Assembly: GCA_934090795.1 (NCBI GenBank)
Contig: CAKOJQ010000003.1
Location: 33,252-97,251 of the forward strand
DNA length: 64,000 nucleotides
Direction of reading: 5' to 3'
Source: an uncultured Bacilli bacterium
GTDB lineage: Bacteria; Bacillota_I; Bacilli_A; RF39; UBA660
Shown here piece by piece: positions 10,327 through 20,726 of the stretch. Position numbers and translations under genes: made by a program. The notes under the pieces were generated by a model. That model saw only the letters and a program-made list of their open reading frames with translations, had not been told where the DNA came from and did no database searches. How positions within the stretch are numbered: the first letter of the stretch is position 1; every line of letters begins with the position of its first letter.

Positions 10327-11829
10327 TTATTTATAATAAGTATAATGTGAATGGCAAACATAATCAGTTGTTGAACAGTCGTAATAATATGTTTCATTAA
10401 CAGTTTCTTTAATTGTGCAACTTGTTGCTAACGGATCATCGCAAGTACATCCAGTAGTATGTGGTACGCATGTTCTTGTTATTGTCTTTGGTCTTACACC
10501 ACTGCACGTTTTTGGAGTCGTAACATATTCACCATTATTACATATTCCAGAATCGTATGAAGTAATTGTTGCAGTACAAGTATTCTCATTACCATCATTA
10601 TCATATACAGTATAGCTCTTACTACTCTTTAGTCCACTTTCCGTTATAGTTTCTGTAGCACATCCTGACTCATCATCATGACACGTAACAGTTACTGTTA
10701 CTCCATCAGCAGTATCAGTATGACTTTTAGTTATAGTACATGTTGGTGGTGTTTCATCAAGTGGTGCATTTGATTTGCATGTTCCACTATTACCCATATT
10801 GTCATGAACAGTAAAAGTTTTATTTTCCAATAATCCTGTATAAGTTTTACTTTCTTCAACACAACCAGAACCTTCATCACTACAAGTTACTTTTATTGTA
10901 AAACCATTTGTTTTATCTCCTCCAACAGTTTCCGCAACACATGTTGGATTTATGTCATCAATTACACTGACATATACATACTGTTTTTTGTATAAACTAT
11001 AAATACTCGATAATCCAAATGATTTAGTTGTTGAAATATCTGTTTTTAAATTCACACTATATCCTGCCCCAAAATTAGGAAGCTTGTCAACTCCATCTAA
11101 AACACTATAAGTTTTTTTACAATAATTATCAACCATTTCGAATCCGTCTGAAGATTTACAAGTCTCACTAGTAAATGATTCATTATTTGCAAGAAAATAA
11201 TATGCATCATAAGTTATATCACTATATTTTTTAGTATAAGATATTGCACCTAATGTTCCACTAAATGTACCATTTTCTTTTACAGAAGCTTCATCTTGCC
11301 ATACAATCATTTTATAATACTTTGTAGTATTTTTAATAAAGTTTTTTTCAGCAGTCAACAAATATCCTTTTACATTTTCATTTGCTGTATCAACATTTTC
11401 TATAACACTTGATAATATATTATCAACATAATTCGTAGTTTCACAAGAAGAATCACTACATTCTGCAAAAGCAACATGTATATCGCTATCTGGTAATGTA
11501 TTTGAATTATAAACCTCTAAATTCAAATACGAAACCAAGTCAACCTTATTACTATTTTCTAACGAAAATACATATGGCTCACAATTTTGCAAAGCATAAC
11601 TAGTTGATAATGGATAACTTTCACATAATTTTAAACTTCCACTTATCGGAGTTATTTTTAAATCAACTGTCGCTGACTTAACACTTGCAATTGGATTTAA
11701 ATCAGAAATACTAATATTAAAAACATAAAAAGCATATCCAATTCCTAGAAATAATGACATTATTCCAAGAACAATGGAAAAAACCAATATTAATGTTTGT
11801 CTCTTAAAAAAACCATGTTTCATACACAA
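10327..11829 (-). CDS. Membrane-anchored Cys/Thr-rich secreted protein with two ~55-aa internal repeats
   Basis: N-terminal KRQTLILVFSIVLGIMSLFLGIGYAFYVF anchor. Repeats GFTIKVTCSDEGSGCVEESKTYTG...TVHDNMGNSGTCKS and GVTVTVTCHDDESGCATETITESG...TVYDNDGNENTCTA. C-terminal Cys cluster. Confidence 0.5.
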   Translation of the reverse strand: MCMKHGFFKRQTLILVFSIVLGIMSLFLGIGYAFYVFNISISDLNPIASVKSATVDLKITPISGSLKLCESYPLSTSYALQNCEPYVFSLENSNKVDLVSYLNLEVYNSNTLPDSDIHVAFAECSDSSCETTNYVDNILSSVIENVDTANENVKGYLLTAEKNFIKNTTKYYKMIVWQDEASVKENGTFSGTLGAISYTKKYSDITYDAYYFLANNESFTSETCKSSDGFEMVDNYCKKTYSVLDGVDKLPNFGAGYSVNLKTDISTTKSFGLSSIYSLYKKQYVYVSVIDDINPTCVAETVGGDKTNGFTIKVTCSDEGSGCVEESKTYTGLLENKTFTVHDNMGNSGTCKSNAPLDETPPTCTITKSHTDTADGVTVTVTCHDDESGCATETITESGLKSSKSYTVYDNDGNENTCTATITSYDSGICNNGEYVTTPKTCSGVRPKTITRTCVPHTTGCTCDDPLATSCTIKETVNETYYYDCSTTDYVCHSHYTYYK

Positions 11830-11908
11830 TCACCATATCCTCTATAAAATATACCATAAATAATAATTTAAAACAATCGAAAAATTAGAGAATTCTATCT
11901 CTAACTAA

Positions 11909-12187
11909 TTATCCATATAATCTTTTTAAATATATAATTTTACCTTCATGTTCAAGTTTAACAAAATCATCATCATCCTCACTTAATATGTCATTTCCAC
12001 ATTCACTAGTTAATGGGCCAATATTAAGTATTTTTTCTTTAGTTAATGGATAACTCAAATATAAATAGTCATTAACAGCAGGTTTATCACCATAAAACTC
12101 TATATTAATAACATAGCTATCATCTGAATTAACATCATTTAAATAATAATTATAACCATCAATTTTATTAATTAACAATTTTATCAT
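11909..12187 (-). CDS. Hypothetical protein (92 aa)
   Basis: ORF only; overlaps the upstream gene's stop by 4 nt. Confidence 0.3.
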   Translation of the reverse strand: MIKLLINKIDGYNYYLNDVNSDDSYVINIEFYGDKPAVNDYLYLSYPLTKEKILNIGPLTSECGNDILSEDDDDFVKLEHEGKIIYLKRLYG

Positions 12188-13947
12188 AAAGTTTTTTCCT
12201 TCTTCTCATACATTAATTCTAATAACTTTTTATTATAAATCGCATCCCAAGTACAATCATCTGCTAATGTTATACTTTCCAGTCCTCCCGCATTACGTAA
12301 AAAATATTTGGGTAAATAAGAAAGATTTGGTAAATTAACACTCATTATAATCTGATTAGCAGCTAAAAATAATTTACCAGTTTTAATTAAATTTGGTAGT
12401 GATATATAATCAAGTTCCTTATTAGCCATCAAAAACATATCACCAGTAACTCTTAAATTATCTGCCTCAAACATTCTTAAGTTCTTTGCATCATTCATAA
12501 AAAAATCACCAGTTTCTTGAAGAGAAGGAAAAGATGCAAATAAAACTTTATCATTTGATTTAAAGAAACATTTACCAGCATAACTTAAATTAGGTATTAC
12601 AATTGAACTTAAACCTTTATTAGAAAACATAAAATTATTTCCAACTCTCTGTAAAGAATCAAAATTTATACTTTCAACTATAATATTTCTCTTTAAAAAA
12701 TCATCACCAATTATTATAGTTTTATTTAAATCAATATTCGTTAATTTAATATTATTAGCTAAGAAATAATTCCCGATAACTTTTGCCTTACTTAAATTAA
12801 AATATTCCAAATCCGTATTAGCATATAACACATCATTACCAATCTCTCTAACATTACTAAATTCCATATTTTTAAGATATTGTCCTGAAATCAAGAAACG
12901 ATTAGGTAATTTATCTATCATATTATTTTTTATTCCAATCAATTTATTATCAAAAGACAAAGTAAGTTCAAAAATATTGTCTTCCTTGTTTGTAATATAT
13001 ACCTTCTTATCTTTTTTTCCCCTAACAATTTCAATATTTTTAATTTTACCAATAACATCACTAAAACTATCTCTTATTTTATTATCATAAACATCTATTT
13101 TTTTATTAACTAAATCAATTATAAAATAATCCATAATAATATACTTTTCCGGATCATATTTAATTACATTACCATTATCAACTATTATATTATTTGTACA
13201 ATAATAAATATCATTTAATTCATAATTATATTTATAATATTCTTCATCTATACTAATATAATTATCAATTTGAAATTCAGAATTTTCATCATAAATTTCT
13301 CTAATTCCATAGGCTTTATAAAAACTCATTGTTAATCCCGGTATAATATTATCTAAATTATTATCAAACGTAGAATCCGGATTATTAACTAATTCGTTAT
13401 AACGATTTTTTATTGATAAATGATTATTTTTATTTCTTGTAAACTGAATTGATATTACACTTGTTCCATATTCGTCTTGTCTATCTGGAATAAGAAAATC
13501 TTCTCTTTTAATATCTAAAATGTTCTTCTTAACAGCAAAAAATACATATTTATTTTCTAATCTTGAGGCTGGGTCTAGAAAAGTACATAATTGTTCATCT
13601 TTACTAAAATATTTTTTAAATGAATTAACTTCTTCAACTGTTTTACATTCAAAGAAATCGTATCCAGCATCATCTAATAATTCTTTAGGTGTTTTGCTTA
13701 CATCTCTTATGTCATATTCATTTTTAAGCCCTGCATTGCTATAAACAAAATCATTAAATTCTTCTTCTTTATGATTTTCTTTAATATCGTCATATAAGCT
13801 ATCTTTTACATAATAAAAATGCTTATTTAATATTTCTACTAATTTTCCAGGTATATTTAAAATTGTAGGAAAGCACTCCCTACAATAATGCATCATTTGT
13901 TCACCATATTTTTTCTTTATATATTTTAAATCTTTGCTTAAATCCAT
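12184..13947 (-). CDS. BspA/TpLRR-type leucine-rich repeat protein
   Basis: The C-terminal ~250 aa consist of ~23-aa repeats (xNxxLxxIxxGxxxFxxCxxLxxIxLP...) typical of the Treponema/Bacteroides BspA LRR family. No N-terminal signal peptide seen. Confidence 0.6.
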   Translation of the reverse strand: MDLSKDLKYIKKKYGEQMMHYCRECFPTILNIPGKLVEILNKHFYYVKDSLYDDIKENHKEEEFNDFVYSNAGLKNEYDIRDVSKTPKELLDDAGYDFFECKTVEEVNSFKKYFSKDEQLCTFLDPASRLENKYVFFAVKKNILDIKREDFLIPDRQDEYGTSVISIQFTRNKNNHLSIKNRYNELVNNPDSTFDNNLDNIIPGLTMSFYKAYGIREIYDENSEFQIDNYISIDEEYYKYNYELNDIYYCTNNIIVDNGNVIKYDPEKYIIMDYFIIDLVNKKIDVYDNKIRDSFSDVIGKIKNIEIVRGKKDKKVYITNKEDNIFELTLSFDNKLIGIKNNMIDKLPNRFLISGQYLKNMEFSNVREIGNDVLYANTDLEYFNLSKAKVIGNYFLANNIKLTNIDLNKTIIIGDDFLKRNIIVESINFDSLQRVGNNFMFSNKGLSSIVIPNLSYAGKCFFKSNDKVLFASFPSLQETGDFFMNDAKNLRMFEADNLRVTGDMFLMANKELDYISLPNLIKTGKLFLAANQIIMSVNLPNLSYLPKYFLRNAGGLESITLADDCTWDAIYNKKLLELMYEKKEKTL

Positions 13948-13949
13948 AA

Positions 13950-14534
13950 TTATTTCAAATATTCAGCAATTACTTTGCCAACATCGTCTCTTCCCTTCTT
14001 ATTTACTGATGAAAAATAAATAACATAATCATTTTCATCTAAATTTAATACAACTTTTATATTTTTTAAAGTTTTATCTCTATTAGAAGGTTTAATTTTA
14101 TCATATTTGTTAGCAATAATAGTTACTGGAATATTATAATATTTTAAATAATTATACATAAGTACATCATTTTCAGTTGGCTTATTTCTTCCATCAATTA
14201 TCATGAAAACATTTTTTAAATTACTTCTTGATTTTAAGTATTCTTCAATCATTAAACCAAACTTTTTTTGAGTTGCTTTACTAACGCTTGCATACCCATA
14301 TCCTGGAACATCTACTAAATAAAATGACTCATTACATAAATAAAAATTTAAAGTTTGAGTTTTTCCAGGAGTTGCACTAGTTCTAGCATAATTCTTTTTA
14401 CCTATCATGGTATTAATAAAACTACTTTTACCTACATTAGATCTTCCTACCAATAAAAATTCAGGCTTGTTATCAGTTGGATACTGACTTGTTCTAATTG
14501 CTATAACTTTTAAATCACTTGTTTCAATTTTCAT
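13950..14534 (-). CDS. engB: Ribosome biogenesis GTPase EngB/YsxC/YihA
   Basis: GRSNVGKSSFIN G1 motif, DVPGYG G3, NKYDK G4; 194 aa. Confidence 0.85.
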   Translation of the reverse strand: MKIETSDLKVIAIRTSQYPTDNKPEFLLVGRSNVGKSSFINTMIGKKNYARTSATPGKTQTLNFYLCNESFYLVDVPGYGYASVSKATQKKFGLMIEEYLKSRSNLKNVFMIIDGRNKPTENDVLMYNYLKYYNIPVTIIANKYDKIKPSNRDKTLKNIKVVLNLDENDYVIYFSSVNKKGRDDVGKVIAEYLK

Positions 14535-14662
14535 ATAATTTTCCTCAATTCAATTAAATAAACTCTTAGTTTACACTTTAATTATAATAAAGATGTTAAA
14601 AAATTGCAAATTTGTAGAAAAAATCTTTATCCTAAAGTATAATTATTTATGGGTGATACATA

Positions 14663-15238
14663 TTGTTATATCCAAATAATATTAAAAAGAAAGTTAAAAG
14701 GAATATATCTTTTGCTAATAGAGGAATGGATTTAGAAACTCTTATTAATGAAGCCAATGAATTTTATTTAAAAGAAGATATTGCTGTTATTTATAAGAAA
14801 CCTACCCCTGTTAAAATAAAAAAAGTAACATATACTAATGATATACCTAAAGTTGAAGGATACTTAAATCAAAAATCCACTTTAGATTATGTTGGATTAT
14901 ATAAAGGAAAATATATTGATTTTGATGCTAAAAAAACACTGAATTTGAATTCATTTCCTTTATCTAATATTCATCTTCATCAATTAAATCATATGAAGAT
15001 GATAATTAAACATGAAGGTATTACATTCTTACTAATTGATATTCAAAATAAAGTATTTTTACTTAAAGGAGAAGATATTATTAATTTTATTGAAAATAAT
15101 AATAAAAAAAGTATACCCTACTCTTATATAGAAGAAAAAGGTTATCAAATTGAATATAGCTATAATCCTATATTAAATTATATTAATACGATTGATAATG
15201 TTTATTTTAAAGGAGAAATTAAAAATGAAAAAAATTAA
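14663..15238 (+). CDS. recU: Holliday junction resolvase RecU (TTG start)
   Basis: 191 aa; FANRGMDLETLINEANEFYL N-terminus and DYVGLYKGKYIDFDAKKT core of the RecU family. GGGTGA RBS 6 nt before the TTG. Classic recU-ponA pair. Confidence 0.8.
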   Translation: MLYPNNIKKKVKRNISFANRGMDLETLINEANEFYLKEDIAVIYKKPTPVKIKKVTYTNDIPKVEGYLNQKSTLDYVGLYKGKYIDFDAKKTLNLNSFPLSNIHLHQLNHMKMIIKHEGITFLLIDIQNKVFLLKGEDIINFIENNNKKSIPYSYIEEKGYQIEYSYNPILNYINTIDNVYFKGEIKNEKN

Positions 15239-18038
15239 AATAAAGAAAAGAACTAAAAAAACAAATACTAAAGTAAATAATACTAAAGTGAATAATACTA
15301 AAGTGAATAATACTAAAGGTAATTTAAATGCTTTTAAAAAAAGATTTAAAAAAGGCAATCTAAGAGAAAAGATTCTAATAATTGTAATGCTTGTATTAGT
15401 ATCAATATTTATTCTAGGTTTTGCATTCGCTATTTATATAATAATATCAGCACCTGATTTTGACGCGAATAGCTTATTTACCAAAAACTCGTCAATACTA
15501 CTAGATTCCGAAGGAAATGAAATTGCGAGACTTGGAACTGAAAATCGTGAAAGAGTTACTTATGATGATTTACCAGAGGTATTTGTTGATGCTCTAGTAG
15601 CAACTGAAGACTCAAGATTCTTTCAACATAACGGAGTTGACCTTGCTAGATTCTTAAAAGCAACTATTGGACAACTTGCTGGTAATTCTGGAGCGGGTGG
15701 TGCATCTACCCTTACTATGCAAATTGCTAAACAAAGAATTAATGGTTATGAAGCAAGTGGAATTAAAGGTATTGTTCGTAAGTTTACTGATATGTATATG
15801 TCTGTATTTAAATTGGAAAAAACATATACTAAAGAACAAATAATTGAATTTTATGTAAATATTCCTAACTTAGGAAGTGGTTCTTATGGAATCGAACAAG
15901 CAGCTCAAACTTATTTTAATAAATCAATTAGTGAAGTTAACTTATCAGAAGCAGCATTACTTGTTGGATTATTCCAAGCACCATCTGCATATAACCCCAT
16001 AAATTATCCTGAAAAAGCTGAAGCAAGAAGAAATCAAGTATTAAACCTAATGAAACGTCATGGCTATATTAATGATGAAGAATGTGAAATTGCAAAATCA
16101 ATTAAAGTTGCTGATATGATATATCAAGGAAGTCGTTCCAAAAATAAAAATATTGGATTTATAAATACAGTTGTTGAAGAAGTTGTTAAACGAACAGGTA
16201 AAGATCCATATTTAGTATCAATGAAAATTAAAACAACAATGATTCAATCAAAACAAGATGTTTTAAATGACTTATATGCTGGAACAAATAAAAATTTAAA
16301 ATGGCCAAACGAAAATATCCGTGCAGGTGTAGCAGTTACTGATGTAAACACTGGTGCTATTGTTGCCGTTGGTGCTAACCGAAAAAATGATGAAAGAAAC
16401 TACAACTATGCTACAATGATTAAACGTCATCCCGGTTCAACTGCAAAACCAATCTTTGATTACGGTCCTGCCATAGAATATTTAAACTGGGGTACTGGTC
16501 AAATGGTTGTTGATGATGAGTTTACTTATAGTAATGGTGGATATATTAAAAACTGGGATAACCAATATAAAGGAATAATGACTATTAAAACAGCACTTGC
16601 ATCATCAAGAAACATCCCAGCTTTATACGCATTTCAAAGGCTAAATCAAAATCAAATTAAAACCTTTGTTACTGGTTTAGGAATTACTCCTGAATACGAA
16701 AATGGATATATTAATGAAGCACATAGTATTGGTGGATTTAATGGAGTTAACCCACTTCAAATGTCTGCAGCATATGCGACTTTTGCTAGAGGTGGCGTTT
16801 ATATCGAACCATATTCATTTACTGAAATCGAATTTTTAGATACCGGTGAAATTTATACAGTAACACCTGAAAAAAGAACTGTAATGAGTGAATCAACTGC
16901 TTTTATGATTAATTCAATCTTAACATATGCTGTTAAATCAGGAAATGTATCAGCCGGATCAAAATATGGAACTGATGTTGCTAGTAAAACTGGTACATCA
17001 ACTATTCCATCATCTACTAAAAAAGGTTGTACAGTTAAAGGAGATATAATTGGCGATTCATGGCAAGTAACATATACACCAGAATACTCTTATGCAGTAT
17101 GGGTTGGATATGACCAAAATAAAGGAGATACATGTCTTGTATCAAGTGTTGGAAACACAGTTAAAAAAGGAATTGTTAGAGAATTAACAGCTAAAATAAA
17201 TAGTACAAATAAAACATTTACTAAACCATCATCTGTTGTAACTGCAACAATCGAATTAGAAACAAATCCAGTTCAACTTGCTAGTGAATACACTCCAGAT
17301 AGCCTAAAAAGTGTTGAATATTTTAAATCAGGTACTGAACCAGATACTGTATCAACAAGATTTAGTAAATTAACTGCTCCTTCCAATTTAAAGGCAAACT
17401 ATGTTGCTGGAACAAATTTAGTTACCCTAACATGGAATGAAGTGCCAACACCAGATGCCGTAAGTGATTCATGGTTAGATAATTACTTTAAAGAAAATTA
17501 TGGAGTTTGGGCTGAAAAATATTTAGGAAAACGTAAAGAATACAATACTTCTACTATTGGAACATTTGGTTACGATATATACGTCAATAACGGAAGTGGT
17601 TATAACTATGTAGGCTTCTCGACTAGTTCTACATATACCTATACTGGAACTATTACAAGTAACACTACATTTATGGTTAAATCAACCTATTCAGTATTTA
17701 AATCAAATGCATCTGAAGGAACAACGGTTACTATTAATGCTGTAAATGATAATCCTGAATCAAGTGATTTTGAAACTGAGCTTAATGGCGTATCTGGAAT
17801 GACAGTTGCCGAATATTATAAATTTATTAATAACAATAAACCACTAAAAGTTACATTAAACGGTAAAGATATAAGTGATAAAGCAACTTATACAACAACA
17901 TGTATTGAAGAATTAACTGGCGAAGAATGTAGTGTCACATCAATGGATTGCACAACAAGTTATATCTTAAATCATAAAGCTTTCTATAATGGTAAATCAA
18001 GTGGTTCTATTCAAAGAACTTTAAAAGCTGGATGCTAA
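15225..18038 (+). CDS. ponA: Class A penicillin-binding protein PBP1A (transglycosylase/transpeptidase) with Lys-rich repeat N-tail and long C-terminal extension
   Basis: AGGAG RBS 9 nt before the ATG at 15225 (the ORF track's 15192 start lacks an RBS). GT51 motif ATEDSRFFQHNGVD; TPase SXXK (STAK), SXN (SSRN), KTG (KTGTS). Immediately downstream of and overlapping recU. Confidence 0.85.
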   Translation: MKKIKIKKRTKKTNTKVNNTKVNNTKVNNTKGNLNAFKKRFKKGNLREKILIIVMLVLVSIFILGFAFAIYIIISAPDFDANSLFTKNSSILLDSEGNEIARLGTENRERVTYDDLPEVFVDALVATEDSRFFQHNGVDLARFLKATIGQLAGNSGAGGASTLTMQIAKQRINGYEASGIKGIVRKFTDMYMSVFKLEKTYTKEQIIEFYVNIPNLGSGSYGIEQAAQTYFNKSISEVNLSEAALLVGLFQAPSAYNPINYPEKAEARRNQVLNLMKRHGYINDEECEIAKSIKVADMIYQGSRSKNKNIGFINTVVEEVVKRTGKDPYLVSMKIKTTMIQSKQDVLNDLYAGTNKNLKWPNENIRAGVAVTDVNTGAIVAVGANRKNDERNYNYATMIKRHPGSTAKPIFDYGPAIEYLNWGTGQMVVDDEFTYSNGGYIKNWDNQYKGIMTIKTALASSRNIPALYAFQRLNQNQIKTFVTGLGITPEYENGYINEAHSIGGFNGVNPLQMSAAYATFARGGVYIEPYSFTEIEFLDTGEIYTVTPEKRTVMSESTAFMINSILTYAVKSGNVSAGSKYGTDVASKTGTSTIPSSTKKGCTVKGDIIGDSWQVTYTPEYSYAVWVGYDQNKGDTCLVSSVGNTVKKGIVRELTAKINSTNKTFTKPSSVVTATIELETNPVQLASEYTPDSLKSVEYFKSGTEPDTVSTRFSKLTAPSNLKANYVAGTNLVTLTWNEVPTPDAVSDSWLDNYFKENYGVWAEKYLGKRKEYNTSTIGTFGYDIYVNNGSGYNYVGFSTSSTYTYTGTITSNTTFMVKSTYSVFKSNASEGTTVTINAVNDNPESSDFETELNGVSGMTVAEYYKFINNNKPLKVTLNGKDISDKATYTTTCIEELTGEECSVTSMDCTTSYILNHKAFYNGKSSGSIQRTLKAGC
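15264..15323 (+). repeat. 4 x 15-bp in-frame tandem repeat (aatactaaagtRaat) encoding (NTKVN)n in the PBP1A cytoplasmic N-tail
   Basis: Directly visible: units at 15264-78, 15279-93, 15294-308 and 15309-23 (the last is variant). Confidence 0.85.
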
Positions 18039-18058
18039 AAAAACAGTTGGAATTACTT

Positions 18059-18676
18059 CTAACTGTTTTTCTTATACTTACAATAATTTTTAAATTTACA
18101 ATCTAAACATTTGGGATTTTTACTAGTACAATAATATCTTCCAAATAAAAGTATTTGTTCGCTTACTCTATTCCATTTATCTTTTGGAATTTTTTTCATT
18201 AATTTTTTCTCGATAATTGTAACCGAATCATTTATCCTCGCAAATCCAAGTCTTTTAGAAACTCTTTCAACATGTGTATCAACTGGAATACTAGGTTCAT
18301 TATAAATATTTTTAAGCACTACATTTGTAGTCTTTCTACCAACTCCCGGTAAAGATTCTAAATATTTTCGATCATTTGGAACTATCCCATCATAATCTAT
18401 TAATAATCTTTTACTAACAGTAATTATATACTCGCTCTTTTTACTATATGATCCACAAGACCTTATAATATCTTCAATATCTTTTTTACTCGCATTAGCT
18501 AGACTATTAATATCATACTTTTTAAATAATTCCTTCGTAACAATATTAACTCTTTTATCCGTACACTGAGCACTTAAAATAGTTGCAATTAATAATTCAA
18601 AAGGACTATTATAATCTAATTCACATTTCGGATTAGGTATATAATAATCTAATATATCGTATATTTCCTTATTCAT
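18059..18676 (-). CDS. nth: Endonuclease III (DNA glycosylase/AP lyase)
   Basis: HhH-GPD: LLIATILSAQCTDKRVN, LPGVGRKTTNVVL; C-terminal 4Fe-4S cluster CX6CX2CX5C (CTSKNPKCLDCKFKNYC). Confidence 0.85.
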   Translation of the reverse strand: MNKEIYDILDYYIPNPKCELDYNSPFELLIATILSAQCTDKRVNIVTKELFKKYDINSLANASKKDIEDIIRSCGSYSKKSEYIITVSKRLLIDYDGIVPNDRKYLESLPGVGRKTTNVVLKNIYNEPSIPVDTHVERVSKRLGFARINDSVTIIEKKLMKKIPKDKWNRVSEQILLFGRYYCTSKNPKCLDCKFKNYCKYKKNS

Positions 18677-19307
18677 CTAACCAATTATAATCACTTATCT
18701 CTTTTACATTCTTATCTAATGCATTCCTACTCTTCAAATGATTATTTACATCCTCCATTGTCTTAAATCCCTTTTTAGTCCAATCATAAATTATTTTATC
18801 TATATATCTTAAACTAGTAACTCCATTATAAGTAGCTTCTTTAAGTGCCCCTAAAATAATTTCTTCACTAACATTTTTATCAAGCCAATCATTAATTATT
18901 TCATACTCCATTGGTGATAAAGACCTTGAAAACTCTTTTTCAAACTTTTCAAATATATTATTATTAACAACTACTTTATTAGTCTTATTTATATTATTAA
19001 CCATCGTTTTATATATAGCATCTAAATTAACAACTTCACTAACCACATTACCATTTTTAATAACATCAATATTTATTAATCCTTTATTAGTTAAACTAGT
19101 AAAAGAGTCTAATATCTTATTAACACTAATGCACGTTATTTTATTTATTAATTCTACATCAAAAGTAGGAGAATCTTGATTCATAAAATAAATTAATAAT
19201 AAGCATTCCTCTAAAGTTAATTTATATTCAAATATTAAAGGAAAAAATTCTTTCTTAATTATATAATCTTTTCTTTTAATTATACTTTCTAAAAAATTAC
19301 TATTCAT
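18669..19307 (-). CDS. dnaD: DnaD-domain replication initiation/membrane attachment protein
   Basis: C-terminal DnaB_2/DnaD domain (EIINDWLDKNVSEEIILGALKEATYNGVTSLRYIDKIIYDWTKKGFKT). dnaD-nth synteny as in B. subtilis. Confidence 0.7.
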   Translation of the reverse strand: MNSNFLESIIKRKDYIIKKEFFPLIFEYKLTLEECLLLIYFMNQDSPTFDVELINKITCISVNKILDSFTSLTNKGLINIDVIKNGNVVSEVVNLDAIYKTMVNNINKTNKVVVNNNIFEKFEKEFSRSLSPMEYEIINDWLDKNVSEEIILGALKEATYNGVTSLRYIDKIIYDWTKKGFKTMEDVNNHLKSRNALDKNVKEISDYNWLDE

Positions 19308-19313
19308 TAATTA

Positions 19314-20396
19314 TCACATCCAGTTTTTAATTATATATTTTTTAATTATCTTTTTATTATTTTTAAGTTTTCCATTAAGTATATTTAATAAAACATCATC
19401 ATATATCTTTCTTAATTTAGGAGAACCATCCATATCAAGTAATCTCATTATATCATCATTCGTTATTTTTAAATCACTTAATTTATGAATAGGCATTTGT
19501 TTATCCATTTTATTAATTTCTTCTTTACTAAAGCCTAATATTTCTCCACCAACTAAGCATACATATAAACCATACTTAAGTAAAGATAAATTATCTACTT
19601 TTCCATTATCAACAACTATTCTTATTTGTTTAATCATTGTAAGTGATTGTTTCGTAAAAGGATATTTTGAACTAAAATCTATTTGAGCCCATATTCCTAA
19701 AACATCAGATACTTCAACTATTTTATCATACTTTATGTCTAATTCATCTAATAAATCTAGTTCTTTTAAATATTCTAATCCTTTACCCAAATTTTTAGAT
19801 GAAAATATTTTTTCTAATTCTTGTTTTTTTCTTGTGTAACTAATATCCCTTAAAATTTCTTTATTATTTTTAATATATTTAGCAATATCATTATCTAATT
19901 TAAAATTAAGTACTATTGCAAATCTGATTGCTCTAAGTATCCTAACAGGATCATCACTTAATCTTTTATCTGCATCTCCTATTGTCCTAATAATTTTATC
20001 TTGAATGTCCTTAGTACCATTTAAATAATCAAATACTTTTCCATCTCTATTCATACATAATGCATTAATAGTAAAATCTCTTCTTTTTAAATCAACTAAT
20101 AAATTATCTACATAAATTATTGATTTAGGTTTGTGATTAATATATTCTCCATCCATTCTATAAGTAGTTATATCATAATTATATTTTCCAATCTTAAGAG
20201 GAATTGAGCCATAATTATTAACTCCCTTTTTTATTTTAAATACCTTAATAATGTCCTTTGGAAGAGCATTAGTACATATATCTACATCAAAAGACTCTAT
20301 TCCTAGTAAGTAATCTCTAACATATCCACCAACCACATAAGCCTCAAATCCACTTTTTTCTAACTTAAACAATACTTTTTTTATTTCATTATTCAT
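19314..20396 (-). CDS. cca: CCA-adding tRNA nucleotidyltransferase
   Basis: GGYVRDYLLG...DVDICT polymerase-beta head motif; RRDFTINA. Confidence 0.8.
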   Translation of the reverse strand: MNNEIKKVLFKLEKSGFEAYVVGGYVRDYLLGIESFDVDICTNALPKDIIKVFKIKKGVNNYGSIPLKIGKYNYDITTYRMDGEYINHKPKSIIYVDNLLVDLKRRDFTINALCMNRDGKVFDYLNGTKDIQDKIIRTIGDADKRLSDDPVRILRAIRFAIVLNFKLDNDIAKYIKNNKEILRDISYTRKKQELEKIFSSKNLGKGLEYLKELDLLDELDIKYDKIVEVSDVLGIWAQIDFSSKYPFTKQSLTMIKQIRIVVDNGKVDNLSLLKYGLYVCLVGGEILGFSKEEINKMDKQMPIHKLSDLKITNDDIMRLLDMDGSPKLRKIYDDVLLNILNGKLKNNKKIIKKYIIKNWM

Positions 20397-20442
20397 TAGT
20401 TACCTCATCAAAATTATACCAAATTATTAATACTTTGTGAAC

Positions 20443-20595
20443 TTAACACATATTTCTTGACATTCCTCTACGTATAGATGATCCAACTGCTCTACCAAGC
20501 TCAAATATTGTATTAATAAATCTTGATAAAGCATTAAGAATAGTTCCATTAATCGTTTGTCCACCTGTAATTTTATTAAGTTCTATGTCCTTCAT
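20443..20595 (-). CDS. Bacteriocin-type precursor peptide B (50 aa) with double-glycine leader: MKDIELNKITGG|QTINGTILNALSRFINTIFELGRAVGSSIRRGMSRNMC
   Basis: Translated by hand from the minus strand; absent from the ORF track (<60 aa). 12-aa leader matching the class II consensus (L-12, I-4, GG-1). Start ATG overlaps the stop of peptide A (TAATG coupling). GRAVG GxxxG motif. Confidence 0.6.
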   Translation of the reverse strand: MKDIELNKITGGQTINGTILNALSRFINTIFELGRAVGSSIRRGMSRNMC

Positions 20596-20726
20596 TAGTT
20601 ACATTTAAGAGGACGAATGAAACCATCTACAACACCAATTAAAAAAGTAATTAAGCCACCAATAATAGCTAAAACAGAATAATTAGCTTTTCCACCAGTT
20701 ACCCTATTTAATTCATAATCATTCAT
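20595..20726 (-). CDS. Bacteriocin-type precursor peptide A (43 aa) with double-glycine leader: MNDYELNRVTGG|KANYSVLAIIGGLITFLIGVVDGFIRPLKCN
   Basis: Hand-translated; AAGGAG RBS 10 nt upstream. ATG overlaps the last 8 nt (ATGAATGA) of the C39-ABC transporter gene. Hydrophobic mature part with GxxxG (GVVDG). Both peptides end in a Cys-containing tail. Confidence 0.6.
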   Translation of the reverse strand: MNDYELNRVTGGKANYSVLAIIGGLITFLIGVVDGFIRPLKCN

